Shown: positions 37,098 to 50,505, counted from the whole stretch's first letter. The stretch: DNA of 63,772 bases, filler included, from Globobulimina sp. (GCA_003354225.1; 31 parts of 31 records of this genome joined end to end with filler, not necessarily neighbours in it), one strand, 5' to 3'. Program-made: numbers and translations. The notes: a model not told the origin generated them from the letters alone.

Positions 37098-38375
37098 CTT
37101 GATTGTGATAAAATAAAACTGAAACAAGCCACAGACAAACAACTAAAAACAATCCACACACAACTAAAAATAACAAACTTTGTCCCGGAGCAACTTTACC
37201 TTTGGGCAGGAATCCCTACACCGTATGACACTCAAAATCTCCTTTTATTGGAAACTAATAAAAGGAGGAAATATATCCATGATGCACCAATGGGCAAAGC
37301 TCCCTCATATCCACCACCATAAACTCTTCGAACAATATATTAATTTGAAAAATAAATAGATACTGCCAATACGCCACCTCAAAAACAACAGCGTCCATTG
37401 GACTGACCCCTTTTACACTGTTTCCCATGCATATGAATTAAAACCATTAATCGTTAAGAACCAACAAATCCAAATCATAAACACATTAAACCACTATCAT
37501 CCAATCAAAATCCTAAACCATATCACTGATAATTATAAACCGATGAATAGCTATGAGATTAATGAACTGGCTGATTATGTAAAACATGAAATGATAGCCA
37601 TTTACAGAGAAATATTCTATAATTTCAACATGAAAAATAATTACTGCCATCTTTGCCATTCCAGGACCAATGTTCCTATTGAATACCATTTAGCAGTGCT
37701 CTGCCCGAACCTAAATATCCTCAGACATGAATACTGGAATCATGCTTCTGCAACATTTGCGAAAAGCGGTGCGACAATAAATAAAATACATCACCATCTG
37801 TATATGCAACGACTAATTGAACTGTGCCAAAATGTGAACACACAAAAAGACCAATTCTGGAAAATCATATGTGGAGCAAATATATACGACACTGACACCA
37901 ATAAATTTGCCTACGTACACAAACAAATAAATATCAACACAAATAAACATACTTTGTACAGAGAGGTAGTCTCCCAAACGCACCGCTGGCTCACCCATAT
38001 ATTTAACATAAACAGCGGAAAAAGCACCATAAGACGTATCAGATCCAAACATAACTTAGTTCCCTCAGAAATGATAATATTCCATATAAGAAATGACAAT
38101 TTTAATGAATGGAGATATTACCAACATTAATGTATAATTTAAATTAAAAAGTCACAAAGAATACAAAACAAACATATAACAAGGCGTAGTGACATAAAAT
38201 AAACGAATAAACAACAAACACATAATAAAATAAACAAAACACATAAAGTCATAGTAACAAACAAATAAAATAACAACAAATAGCGACAGACAAACAAAAC
38301 ACATAAAAAGGCACAATAACAAACAAATAAAATGAAAATAGATTATAAAAAAGATTTATTTTGCAATAAATAAGC
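37098..38375 (+). mobile_element. Degenerate non-LTR retrotransposon 3' end (C-terminal Zn knuckle plus A-rich 3' UTR)
   Basis: CHLC...EYHLAVLCPNLNILR motif; upstream frames broken by stops; A/C-rich repeats ending AATAAATAA. Confidence 0.6.
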
Positions 38376-38815
38376 TCTCGCTTGCTTATGATCGGGGGAT
38401 AGATTCGCTGCGTCTAATCTGCTAAAATAAAAATTGTAAACTGAAAAAATTGTAAACGTTTATATACAAACCATTAATGTTCTAATTGCAATGGCCGATA
38501 ATATCCCACACATTTCCCCTCGAAATAATCCACGCATCTCTCACCATTCTCAAATACTGATACATTGGCTGGAATTCGCATATGACTTCTAATGACTATC
38601 GACGAAATTAGAACTTGATTTAATTAATAACCTAACTGGTAGTGCTTACGACTGGTTTGGTGAGGGGATTGGAGAGAGGAAAGTGGTTAATGTAGCAACA
38701 ATCACGCGAAAATCACTAAAGCAACAGCAACATCGCTTTCACGAAAATCACGCAAAATCGCGAAAGCAACATCGCTACGTAGCTGCCCGTCCTCTACGCA
38801 GCTTTCTTCAATGAT

Positions 38816-39057
38816 ATGATTGACGAATTACAAAAGTCTGGATGCGGTGCAGCCTCACCAGACCCAAATGAGCCAATTGCATGCACGCTCTATGCAGATG
38901 ACATAATACTTACTGCGAACAAAATATCCCATTTAAATAAGCTCTTAAAAATATGTCAGAACCACAGCAATCAATGGCAATATCGCTTCAACAACAAAAA
39001 ATCTAAAACGATAATTTACAATGACAATACCCTGAACAATATAAATGATATAATACT
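38816..39057 (+). mobile_element. Non-LTR reverse transcriptase fragment
   Basis: TLYADDIIL...LNKLLKIC...WQYRFNNKKSKTI. Confidence 0.88.
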
Positions 39058-39157
39058 NNNNNNNNNNNNNNNNNNNNNNNNNNNNNNNNNNNNNNNNNNN
39101 NTTAATTAATTAANNNNNNNNNNNNNNNNNNNNNNNNNNNNNNNNNNNNNNNNNNNN

Positions 39158-39725
39158 ATATACATGATAATCTTTGTAAATAGCATTGTTTGTATTTGTA
39201 AATGGAGCTCCTGGCCATACTTCAAGAGCTCTTTCATTACTTATTGAAGCATAATCTTTATGGAAAACAATTTCTCCAGTTTCAGCATTTACACCAAGCA
39301 TATTTGTAGATAATACATTAATAATAATTTTAGTTTCATTTATGGTTGCTACTATTGGAGATGCGTAAGCAGGAGTATCGTCTAAACTTTCAGTTTCCCA
39401 AATAGTTTCTCCAGTATTCTTATTTAGAGCTACCATAGTTGTTTTCTTACCACCTGGGCTATAAATTAATTTATCATCAACAATAAGTGGAGATTCGGAA
39501 ATACCCCAATCGCCAAAAGTTCCTTCATATTTTTCACTTACATTGTATAACCAGATTTCTTCTCCAGTTAAAGCATTAAAACATCCTACATGTCCAGAAC
39601 CACTTGTTACATAAACTCTTTCTCCTTCAATAACAGGAGTACATCTACTTTCTCCAAATGATTGAATCCAAGCTTTACCATAAGGAACTTCCCATTTAAT
39701 ATTTCCTTGCATATCTACTGCAAAT
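39158..39725 (-). CDS. Bacterial-type PQQ-like beta-propeller (BamB-like) fragment
   Basis: AVDMQGNIKWE, SRCTPVIEGERVY, CFNALTGEEIW, WGISESPLIVDD, VALNKNTGETIW, AYASP. Confidence 0.85.
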
Positions 39726-39892
39726 AAGATATCAATTGAATCGTTTGGTAGTTGGCAATTGACGTTCCATGTTAATATTGACACTGATAATTGATTTTTT
39801 TCAATTCTTCTCGTTTTGATTAATTTTTCAATTTCTCCTACATCTGTATCGGAGTCCTGTTCGCCTACACAACACTCAAATCCAGCACCCAT
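39726..39892 (-). CDS. Eukaryotic inositol polyphosphate 5-phosphatase-like N-terminus, in frame with the bacterial fragment
   Basis: MGAGFECC lipidation-type start; LSVSILTWNVN motif. Confidence 0.6.
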
Positions 39893-39950
39893 TGTTAATT
39901 TAGAAGTTTCAAATCTACATTAAATTTCACGAAAAGTACTCAGCTCCAAA

Positions 39951-39998
39951 AGTCATTTAAAATAAGACAGTCATTTCAAATAAGATAGTCATTTCAAA
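39951..39998. repeat. 18-bp tandem repeat (about 2.7 copies) between divergent start codons
   Basis: AGTCATTT(A/C)AAATAAGA(C/T) repeated. Confidence 0.8.
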
Positions 39999-40007
39999 AT
40001 CTAACCA

Positions 40008-41117
40008 ATGGCAGAAACACCGTTGCGGTATAGGTTGTATTTTAATTTCGCACATGAAAGCAATGAATACGGTCCTTATCCGATGCAGTATTATCAAGAC
40101 TCATATTTCATCAAAAAAATTAATGGTGCAATGGTCCCAAATTGCAGTTATTATTTAGATTTAAACACAACATCAGAGATACAAGCACTATACTTCAATC
40201 ACAAAATAACAATGAACACCAGATTCAGCATACAATCCATTCCTAACGATTCCAAATACGACCTTTTAACCACCGATAAAAACGATCCCGCCGTCCAATT
40301 TGTGGAAAGAGACACATTATTCGCAGACTTTGAAGGTGCGTATAAATATTCATTCATCGAAGACTGCCTAATTTCAGCCGAAATATCCAAACATTGCAAC
40401 GTAGACATTAATTTTGTGGCGAATCCCAAGATTTGGACTTTGATTATAACACTTTTTTCTCTTTTTTTCATTGCTGACCATATCATTATCATTTTTATCA
40501 AAGTATCATGGTGTTTTACTTCGTATTGGTTTCTAGCTTTCATTGATATCATTTTAATACTTGTGGCATGGATTCTTTTTTATAAATTCGACTCCGTCAA
40601 TATCTTCTCCCTCCCATCATATACCTTTGTCGCATATCTGTCAATATTTTACAATCTCATCTTTGATGCAAGCGAAGGGTTTTATGGCTATTTGTTGTGC
40701 AGCGTAGAAGCCTTCAATGTCGCCGTTAAAAAGTTAATGCGGAGCACGTATTTTCAAAATAGCTGCGCTGCATTTATTAATCAGAATGATTTCATTCGCA
40801 ACGAACAGAAAGAATATGACAGGCAAATTATTGCGTTTTTGAAAAACGTAAATCATCACATTTTAAATATGATGTCTTTGTATTTGAGCAATATGCATGT
40901 TCAGAAATTGCGCAATAAAGAAAACAATAACGTTCTCACCACGGAAGAACAGGAAAAAGTCGATGAGTGGGAGTCTGATATACAACTAAAATTAAAAAAG
41001 TTTCAGAATTGTTTGCTGCATTCACATCAGACCACGCATCAAATATTTGCGAAATGTCAATGTGAAGAACATACCTTTGATTATAGAAAGGATGCGTATA
41101 TTAAATGTCTTAATGGT
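40008..41117 (+). CDS. Hypothetical membrane protein (about 3 TM), truncated
   Basis: Long ORF with central hydrophobic helices. Confidence 0.65.
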
Positions 41118-41217
41118 NNNNNNNNNNNNNNNNNNNNNNNNNNNNNNNNNNNNNNNNNNNNTTAATTAATTAANNNNNNNNNNNNNNNNNNNNNNNNNNN
41201 NNNNNNNNNNNNNNNNN

Positions 41218-43041
41218 CATCGATTCAAAAGGTAGCAAATCAGTCTTTTTATTGATTATTAAATTTGAATCTGACAATTTATCACCGCTTTCATTTTCGT
41301 TTTCATTCAGTACGGAAATTGTTTGCTTTTCAATTGCAAATTTATCCGATTTCAAAGATAACACACTTTGATTATCAGTTTTGCACTGTGCTGAAATCAT
41401 TAAATTGCTCGATTCAAACTGCCGCTGTTTTGAACATATTTTATTAATTATTACGTTTGAATTTGAGAATGGTATGTTATGATTGCCATCATTAATTAAT
41501 TCGGTTCCGTCCATATTTTGATCCGTGTTTGTTGGCTTTGATTCAAATTCAGATATATTTTTCGCATTATCTGTACTTGTTTTATTATTATCATAGTTAT
41601 ATTCATTTTGTTTTCCCTCTGATTTGTCTCCATTGCTATCATACGGCGAGGCAGAAATCATTAAATTACCGGATTGCAATTCATTTCCATCAGTTTTATT
41701 TCTATTTTTATTAACAAATATATTCTCATTTGACAATGAATTATCATAATTATTATTTGTTTCGGGGTTTATTTCTTTCTCTGTTTTGCTTGTTTCACCT
41801 TCAGATAATTTTGATATATTCAGTTTATTGATTAATAAGTTATGGTCAGAAAATGGGTTATTGTCTGAACAAGAAATCGTAGAATCTGCAGGTTCACATT
41901 CTTTTTTGTCGTTATTTTTGTTAATAAATAAATTATTTTCTGAGAATGGATCGTTTTCGACATTTTGTAGAGAAGAAATACTTAAATTGCCGTCCTCAAA
42001 TTGGTCTTTTTTAGTAATAAATAAATTATGATTAGAGAATGGATCCATTTTTTGAGATTCAAATTGTTTATTTTTACTTCCATTGAAGTTGTGTGAATAA
42101 TAATAATCAGACAAATAACTTCCATCATCATCAGTGTGTAATGTATCTGATTCAAATAAATTAATTTTATTTTTACCATTGTTATTTACCATTAAATGCT
42201 CCCTTTCAAACCCATTTTTTTTTACATTATTTTTTGAAATCACTACATTACGAGACCCAAATCCATCGTTTTTTGTTTTACTTTTCTTTTTTTTCTTTTC
42301 TTTTCTCTTTTTAGCAGACTTGCTTTCAACTTTTTTAATTTCTGCATTACAATCGTTGGACACTTTGTTTTTACTTTTTTTCGTCTTTAGCAATTGCTTT
42401 GGAGTAGCAACATTTTCTTTGTTTGCAATCAATTTGCTGGTATACAGTCCGTATATGCCATTAAAGGCAGCGGCACAATAATTATTTGGCATATTTGTAC
42501 CTGATCCATTCGTTTTGTTTGGTTTCAATGGTTTGCAATTGTCTGTGTCTTTTTTTCGCCGAGATTTCTGCGTTTTTTGTGTTTGTTTTCTGTGTTGTTT
42601 GCGTTTTTTGTCTTTTCGCACACCGGATGTCGTGGAGAGATTCGTTTCATTCATTTCTGGCAAAACAGCAATATTCGTTGGTATTTGTGTTATATTTTGT
42701 GGTTTATTTGGAATTGATTGATTTTTTTTATATTTTTTTGCCGATTTGGATGCAATAATATTGTTTTTTATTTTCGTTTTACTGTCCACTGAGCGTAAAA
42801 AAGCGCGATTACTCATCGATTTCGTCCTTCTTTGATGACGTTTTGATTTTTTTTTTGTGGCATATTCCTTGTGTTTAAAATCATGAAATGTAATTTCTGT
42901 TTGTCCGATGCCTTCTGTATATTTTGCTTTGTCATACACCGCTCTTCCACTGGGAACCCTCGATATTTTTGGCTTTAAAAATCCAAAATCATCATTCAGA
43001 AAAAAATCAGCTGACTTTGCCCTCGATCTTGACTGTTTCAT
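41218..43041 (-). CDS. K/N/S-rich disordered protein with repeated PFSxxNLxI motifs, truncated
   Basis: Over 600 codons open; about eight motif copies. Confidence 0.7.
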
Positions 43042-43277
43042 GATTTACGTACAGATTTGGAAGGAAAATAGGTTAAAAATATAATGTTAAAAGAGTCGCC
43101 CATCTGGTGAATTGATTGGTTTCTTAGTGAACATTTTTAAGGTTTTTCATATAATGTTAAAAACGAAAACTGTATTTNNNNNNNNNNNNNNNNNNNNNNN
43201 NNNNNNNNNNNNNNNNNNNNNTTAATTAATTAANNNNNNNNNNNNNNNNNNNNNNNNNNNNNNNNNNNNNNNNNNNN

Positions 43278-44169
43278 TTATAAGTCAGTCATCCCTTTCA
43301 TATTATAATAATCCATTTCCCTTTTTTTTTCTCGTTGGTCAAGCAAAAATCTCCATCCTGCATGAAATACTCCACAAATCATTATAAATATAATAATTGC
43401 AGTCATTTCCATAAAAAAAATATCTTTTTTCTCTGGATTGGTTACATTTACATTGTCCTCCAACTCACGATTATTATTATTATTATTCATAAAACCATCA
43501 GATTGAATATAATCCATTCTAGCAACTTTACTCTCTTCCTTCTCCATCAAACCACTTAAATCGTTATCTTTATCCTCAAATGCACCCATTGTAGATTTGG
43601 GTATTAAATGCATATAATTTTCATATTTATTATCCAATATATTCTTCATTTCAATGCCATTATCATTTGAACATGATGCAGCTGACAAAATATCACATAT
43701 AAAAAGAGGAAATATAGCATATGCAAATTCAGTGAATACTGAATACTCAACTTTGACAGAGATACATTTTATGGGTAGACCATGATTGTGTGGTTTGTTT
43801 ATTGTGTGTATTTAATGTATTTACTGTATATCTCCACGTGTTACCATTTACTTTATTTGTATTTGTGAGTGTATATGTTGTCGACCGTTTAGATTCTGGT
43901 AATTGCATATTTAAATATAATGGTTCTGGTCGTTTATATCCAAATGTGTAACCAAATGCTGATGGAAATGTAGACATTGATGCTGGTGATTCATCAATAA
44001 AATAATTATTTGTATATTGGTTATCAACCAATGATTTAGTATTTGGAGCAAATGAGATATCTAAATTGAAATCATTGAGCAAATCAGACACTAGACCAAC
44101 AAAATCACCATTTCCTGATGCCTTGTTATTGGATACACGGTATATAATTAGGAACAGTAACCACTTCAT
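43278..44169 (-). CDS. Type I membrane protein; intron 43682-43751
   Basis: MKWLLFLII signal-like start; 70-nt intron gives LCQTASC in frame; C-terminal TM TAIIIFIMICGVF. Confidence 0.65.
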
Positions 44170-44234
44170 TGTTCGCCAGTAGCTAAAGTTTTGGCTATAA
44201 AATGTTTTTTTTATGCAACACAATATATAAACTG

Positions 44235-45161
44235 TCAACCAAGCAAATTATTTAATCTGTCTGTTAATGCAGCAAATTCTTGTTTATCTTGTTTTGTTTC
44301 AATTTCCTCATCGCTCCATACAATATCATTCACCTTCAATTTCTTTGCAAATTGTTTCATTTTCGACCGTTTCATTGCTTGAGTGTCATTGTAAAAACTT
44401 TGATAAAGTGCTAAACAGCATTCACATTGTCCCAAATAATGCTTTCTAAGCTTATTTTGTTCATTTATCTGATCATTATTCCATTTGTTTTTATATTTTG
44501 TCCAATATATATTATAGAATTCCAATAAATTATTCAATTCATACAAACCATTAAAATATTTACATTTATCCTTTATTAATTGATTAAAATATCTGTTTTC
44601 TAAAAAATTGTTTGTTAGTGCTTGTTGAGTAAATCCAATCTCTAAATAAATCTGTGTTTCATACGGAAATAGCATAATATTTGCATTATTATCAATAGGT
44701 TTGCTATCAGTGTCATTTATATTTCTTAATTTATATTTATAATCTCCAAATAGCATCGCATTAATACGACCAATTTGAACATACATTGATTGTAAATCCG
44801 ATAAAATTGCTTGGCATCCAACCAATTCATATAACTCAGTTTTGATATTGTTAGAATTGTTGAGATGATATGATTGATATTCTATAATCTTGCTTTTGTG
44901 TTGTTTGTTTTTTTGAATTGCCACTGTTTTAATTCGGAACATTATCCGACCACAAAATGTAATGAACTCTGAAATTGCTTTGTTTGAAAATGATTGATTT
45001 GAATTAAATGATGGAAATATGTATTGGTAGTAAATGATGTTGGTTGTCACAACTGCATCTTTCTCAGAATAATATTGCAAGCGTAGCAACGATGTTAACA
45101 CTGAGATGTAACCGTTTACCATGCTTGGGAAAGTTGCCATCGTTGGTTTGGAAATCTTCAA
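44235..45161 (-). CDS. Hypothetical protein
   Basis: 308-codon ORF in AT-rich DNA. Confidence 0.6.
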   Translation of the reverse strand: MKISKPTMATFPSMVNGYISVLTSLLRLQYYSEKDAVVTTNIIYYQYIFPSFNSNQSFSNKAISEFITFCGRIMFRIKTVAIQKNKQHKSKIIEYQSYHLNNSNNIKTELYELVGCQAILSDLQSMYVQIGRINAMLFGDYKYKLRNINDTDSKPIDNNANIMLFPYETQIYLEIGFTQQALTNNFLENRYFNQLIKDKCKYFNGLYELNNLLEFYNIYWTKYKNKWNNDQINEQNKLRKHYLGQCECCLALYQSFYNDTQAMKRSKMKQFAKKLKVNDIVWSDEEIETKQDKQEFAALTDRLNNLLG

Positions 45162-45619
45162 AACTTTAAGAAATCTTCAAAAACATTATGTTAAAGTGCG
45201 AAAGTATGATTTAGGAAACAAGAAGAAACATTGCACANNNNNNNNNNNNNNNNNNNNNNNNNNNNNNNNNNNNNNNNNNNNTTAATTAATTAANNNNNNN
45301 NNNNNNNNNNNNNNNNNNNNNNNNNNNNNNNNNNNNNAGACAATTGATAATTATTGGGATAATATGACTGAGAATTGGTTAGATTTCATATCATGGATTT
45401 TTTAACCTCAGAAATAAAAAGAGCTTGGAAAAGTGCCGGATAATTTCGTAGCTGGGAACGCCTTTCCAAAAAACTGTTTTTTGGGAACACGTTCAGGCCC
45501 AGAAATATACTGAGTTTTGTACGTATAAATATGACGCTCAAAACATGATGCTGTTTTGTAAATAGTGACAATTTAATCTAAAACGATAATTTCGTACCTC
45601 ACTCAAAAATAAAAAAGCA

Positions 45620-47297
45620 ATGTCGCTACAACTGACAATCCATGACGATGGCGATGGCGATGGCGGTGGCTGTCTCACAACTGACAATGAAGAAATAGAA
45701 TTAATGGCTTCAAAAATGGCAAGGGACATACTTGATGACCTACCAACAGATGCAAGACAGAAACAAAAAAGTCCAAAAAGTCCAAAGAGAAAGAAAAAAG
45801 AGAACAAAAAATCGTCTTTACTCTCCTCGTCGTCTTTAATAAGAGATGTCTCCACAGCTTCTGATGACAACGAATCAGATGACATCCAATTCCATGGATT
45901 AAAACCTTGCTATCCACTCTCTGTATATACACAAGATTATAGACAAGTATTAAACGAATGCGTGTCTGGCATCATCGTTGCTTTCGCACAAGTGCCAGAA
46001 TCCATTGCTTTTGCATTATTAGCTGAGGTGCCACCCATTGTCGGTTTACACAGTGCCTGGATCATTGGCGGCATTGTCCATTTTTTTGGCGGTCGGCCCG
46101 GAATGATTACAGGTGCCACGGGCGGGATTGGCGCGGTGTTGACCGCGTTTATGTTGGACCCTAACATTGGTTTAAATTATTTGCCATATATTATATTATT
46201 AGCAGGCATATTTACCGCTGGTTTGGCCCTTTTGAATGTGCATTTATTGGGCAGGTTAATACCAGAAACAGTTATGATTGGTTTCGTCAATGGCTTGGCA
46301 ATCATCATTGGAGTGTCGCAGTTTCATATATTTCGGCATAGTGAGTCCAGCGCAGAGACGTTATGGATTATTTTCTTATCCATTTTGACTTTTTGTGTTG
46401 CCGAGTTTCTGCCGCGTATTAAATTTCGTTGCAGTAAAGTTGTGCCTTCCTCTTTAGCCGCCATTGGCATTACGACCATGTTCGAATACTTAATTGTTCG
46501 CATGGCATCGGGCCATCATACTCCGTTAATTGGCGATATTGCAGACATCAATGGCGAGTTCCCTAAACCCATATGGTTTGGTAATGAATTATATGACTTA
46601 CCGCAATTTTGGAGTCAAGACACTTTGCATAAAATTTTTGTTCCAGCACTTTTAGTGACAATGGTATCCATCACGGAAGACATTTTAACTATCGATGTGG
46701 TGTCGGAATTGACCAAAACGCGACAGTTACAACGACAAACAAAGCAGCAATTATTGGCCATGGGCTCTGCCAATATCATTGGCGCTGTTCTTGGTACAAT
46801 GGGCGGCCATGCAACCATTGGTCTGTCGATGATTAATTGTCATACTGGCTCGAATGGCCATTATCGATTATCGGGATGCTTGGCCTCCATATTGGTGTTA
46901 TTGATCATTTTGGTGGCGAGTCCTTTGATCGTTGCCATTCCCGCCGCAACCTTAGTGGGTATAATGTGCGTTGTGGTGTATCATACATTCGAATGGCACT
47001 CATTGGTTATTGTGTTTATGTCGATGTGTCCGCAAACAGCGCGTAAACGATTTCCTAAAAGAAACAAAATCCACCGTGGTGATGCATTAGTAATTGTAGT
47101 GGTGACAGTGATGACATTGGTTACCAATCTAGCATATGCTGTGATATCTGGCATAGTATTATCAGCTTTGTTATATGCATGGCAATCTGGAGAGCATTTC
47201 CGTGTCGATAAAGAATTGGTTTCCTATGAAAATAAGGAGTTTGACGATGAAGTTATTTATCATTTTGTAGGACCACTTTTTTTTGGAAATTGTAGGA
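45620..47297 (+). CDS. SulP/SLC26 anion transporter with start of STAS domain, truncated
   Basis: QVPESIAFA, FGGRPGMITGATG, VMIGFVNGLA, MGGHATIG, GPLFFG. Confidence 0.95.
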
Positions 47298-47397
47298 NNN
47301 NNNNNNNNNNNNNNNNNNNNNNNNNNNNNNNNNNNNNNNNNTTAATTAATTAANNNNNNNNNNNNNNNNNNNNNNNNNNNNNNNNNNNNNNNNNNNN

Positions 47398-48141
47398 AAT
47401 GTCATTGGACACCATCCAGTAATATGCGCTGCCATTTTATTTCTACAAATTCCTGATTTATTACATTTAATACATTTCATTGGAAACCTTGCACATTTCC
47501 CATAATGTTGTACCAATTCTCTTTGTAAAATAGAAGCCGAACAATATTTACATACTATTGGTTGCAAAGGACATGTTTGAATATGATAATTTAAGTCGGA
47601 ATATGCACCTTTCCATTCACACAACGTATCTTCATTCAATTTCCTCCGTTTGTGGTTATGCATATTTTGTTCATCTTCATCTGCAAATGTTCTCTTCTTC
47701 GATCTCTTTTGTCCTATCTTCTCAGATTTTTCTTTTAAACGCATACTTCTTCTCAATGGGCTTTTATTCTTATTATCGGTTTTATTCTTATTTTTATTCT
47801 TGTTTTTATCGTTTTTCTTAGTATTCGGGCATTTGACTTTCAAATCGCGAATTTGTCGATCGATAAATTTTACGCGGATTAAATTTATAGCATTGCATTT
47901 TGATCTACACAAAGGACAATGAAATGCGTGTCCTTGTTCTGATATTAATTCATCGACGCACTGCTTGCAAAATATATGCTCTTCACATCCAATCTATTTT
48001 AAGATCAGATCATGAAATAAAAATAATTAATGTATATGAGAATGTACATACTTGCACAGGCTCTTTGTATATATCCAGGCATATAGCACATTCAAATTGT
48101 TTCGCTCTTGCTGGCTCAAGAAAGTGAAGAAACATTGTCAT
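47398..48141 (-). CDS. RING plus TRAF-type zinc-finger protein; intron 47994-48051; truncated
   Basis: CAICLDIYKEPVQ spliced to IGCEEHIFCKQC...CPLC; LKVKCPN, CEWKG..DLNYHIQTCP, repeated C/H fingers. Confidence 0.88.
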
Positions 48142-48214
48142 AAAGTTTTTGTGAAGAGTTTTTGGAACCTGGCTGAATGTTTTTAAGATAACACCCCCCT
48201 CCACCTCCGTATTA

Positions 48215-49057
48215 ATGACACAACAGACACCCCAAGAACCAGATACAACAATTTATATTGCACGTAGTCATGTGTTGTCACCGAGAAATTTTTTGATTTG
48301 GCGATTATTGGTGTCAATATATTTCTGGTTTGTTGAAATTGCATCGCAAATAGTGTATACGCCTGAAATCAATAAATACTTTACCCTCTGGACATTATTG
48401 TTTTGCACATTATATATTTCAGTGTCATGTTACTGCACATATTTATATTACCAATATTCAAGAGATAATACACGTGCCGTTTGTCATGCAAAATGTATTA
48501 AATATTGTAAATATGCTCAAATATTACAAATTTTATCATGCACATTATCAATAACGGTTGTAATTGAATTTTGGGCGATCTATTGGCAAAGTGCAGATTA
48601 TTCAGATCCACTTAATCCGCAATTACATGGCACAACAATGATATTCACGATTATTGATTTTTTCCTTTGTTATTCAATCATATCTTTAAAATCGAGTTGG
48701 TGGTATTTATTAATACTTGGTGTCGTTTATAGTGTATGGTGTATATTATGGGTATTTGTTACAAATGAACCGATTTATACTGTGATGGATTGGAAAAATA
48801 AGCCATCAGAATCTATCCTGTATTCAACGATCACTGTGGTTTTATCCGTTATGGTGCATGCTATATTATGTTGGATAAATAATAAAGTTATATCAAGAAA
48901 ATTAGATAATAATAATAATAATATTAATGTTGTTAACGTTTCTGACAATATCAAAATATCAATTGTATTGACCAAAAATGATCATGAGCCGGATGATGAA
49001 TTAAAGTCAAACACTGACACCGATGATAAAGCTGCGTCAGAAATTATTTCATCATAA
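48215..49057 (+). CDS. Rolling-stone / FAR-17a-AIG1-like 6-TM protein
   Basis: KYFTLW, QLHG, PIYTVMDW motifs; six hydrophobic helices. Confidence 0.7.
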   Translation: MTQQTPQEPDTTIYIARSHVLSPRNFLIWRLLVSIYFWFVEIASQIVYTPEINKYFTLWTLLFCTLYISVSCYCTYLYYQYSRDNTRAVCHAKCIKYCKYAQILQILSCTLSITVVIEFWAIYWQSADYSDPLNPQLHGTTMIFTIIDFFLCYSIISLKSSWWYLLILGVVYSVWCILWVFVTNEPIYTVMDWKNKPSESILYSTITVVLSVMVHAILCWINNKVISRKLDNNNNNINVVNVSDNIKISIVLTKNDHEPDDELKSNTDTDDKAASEIISS

Positions 49058-49824
49058 ACTTTAATTTCATATTTTTTGTTGTATAAAAATAATTATATTC
49101 TTTTTGTGTTTTCTGACTAGCTCACATGCAAGGAATTAGCAATATGAATTTGCTTGCATATTTTTTGAGAAAGATAACAATTTTCAGGTTTTTTGAGCCA
49201 ATAGGAATAGAATATGTATTCGCCAGTCAAATAACAACGACCAATAAATTGTTTACCGGCTTTGTTCTGGACATGGTGGGACCTTTTCGAACTGAACGGA
49301 TCTGTTCGAAAAGTTTTTGGAAAATTCAGTACATATCGGAGAGCCCTATTAGACTAANNNNNNNNNNNNNNNNNNNNNNNNNNNNNNNNNNNNNNNNNNN
49401 NTTAATTAATTAANNNNNNNNNNNNNNNNNNNNNNNNNNNNNNNNNNNNNNNNNNNNGTCATGGCCCATTGCCTAAGCATACCAAGTTTCATCGCGATCG
49501 AAGCATTCGTTCGAAAGTTAGATTCAACAAGCAGGTTCTACAAAAAGAGTCTTATATGAGTGTTTATATTTTGATTTCTCAATTCTGATTGTAATCATTA
49601 GCTTAATATTCAACTGATGCGGACTTGTAATTAGAATTAAAATCTAAGTTATTCATTGTTATTTTCAATCTTTTTCATAATCGTCATATCATGTTCGTTT
49701 GTTTGTTTGTTATCCTTTCTTTTTCAAATATTTTTTATTAAAAATTAGACCCGCGCTGGTTTTAATGAATTTTGGGAAAAAATCTGAGTCAAACCTCAAA
49801 GAAACCCATTCTAAATATAAATCC

Positions 49825-50505
49825 CAACACAAAACAAACTATAATGATAACTTTTTGAAAGCTTCACCACTCAAAGTGGCATTTTTCTAAAAATCGATAG
49901 CCGATATCAATTGATCTCGTCCTCGTGATCACTGATCAAAATGAATATTTCCAACGAATTTATCAGCCCAAATAACCTATAAAATGATTACTTTTTTGAA
50001 GCGCAAATCGCTCAAATTTACTAAAAAATCGATATCGGTTGATTTGGTGGTCGACGAACAATGTGGTTGTGAGCACTGGATTCCCCGACCCAAATAACAT
50101 ATCATTATCACTTTATCAATACTTCATCACTCAAAATTGGATCTGAAAATCGATCTTCGCGATCACCGATATCAAAATGAATATTGCCATTAAATTTATC
50201 AACCCAAACAACCTATAATGATAACTTTTTCAAAGGCCTTTCGCTCAAAGTGGCATTTTTCTAATAATCGATATCGATTGATTTCGAAATCACTGATCAA
50301 AATGAATATTACCATTGAATTTAGCAACCCAAACAACCTATAATGACTACATTTTCGAAGCCCCATCGCTCAAAGTGACATTTTTGTAAAAAATCGATAA
50401 TCTATATCGATTGATTTGGTTGTCATCGACGAACACTTGGCCACCGAATTCCCCAACACAAATAACATGTATTTATCATTTTTAAAACTCAGTCGCTCAA
50501 ATAGT
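49825..50505. repeat. Diverged tandem repeat of about 115-140 bp, 5-6 copies
   Basis: Recurring CCCAAA(T/C)AACCTATAATGA, CGCTCAAA, AAAATCGAT and ATCAAAATGAATATT. Confidence 0.85.

Noticed and set aside
49825-50505. Possible CRISPR array
   Set aside because: Units are long, diverged along their whole length and have no unique spacers; no cas genes
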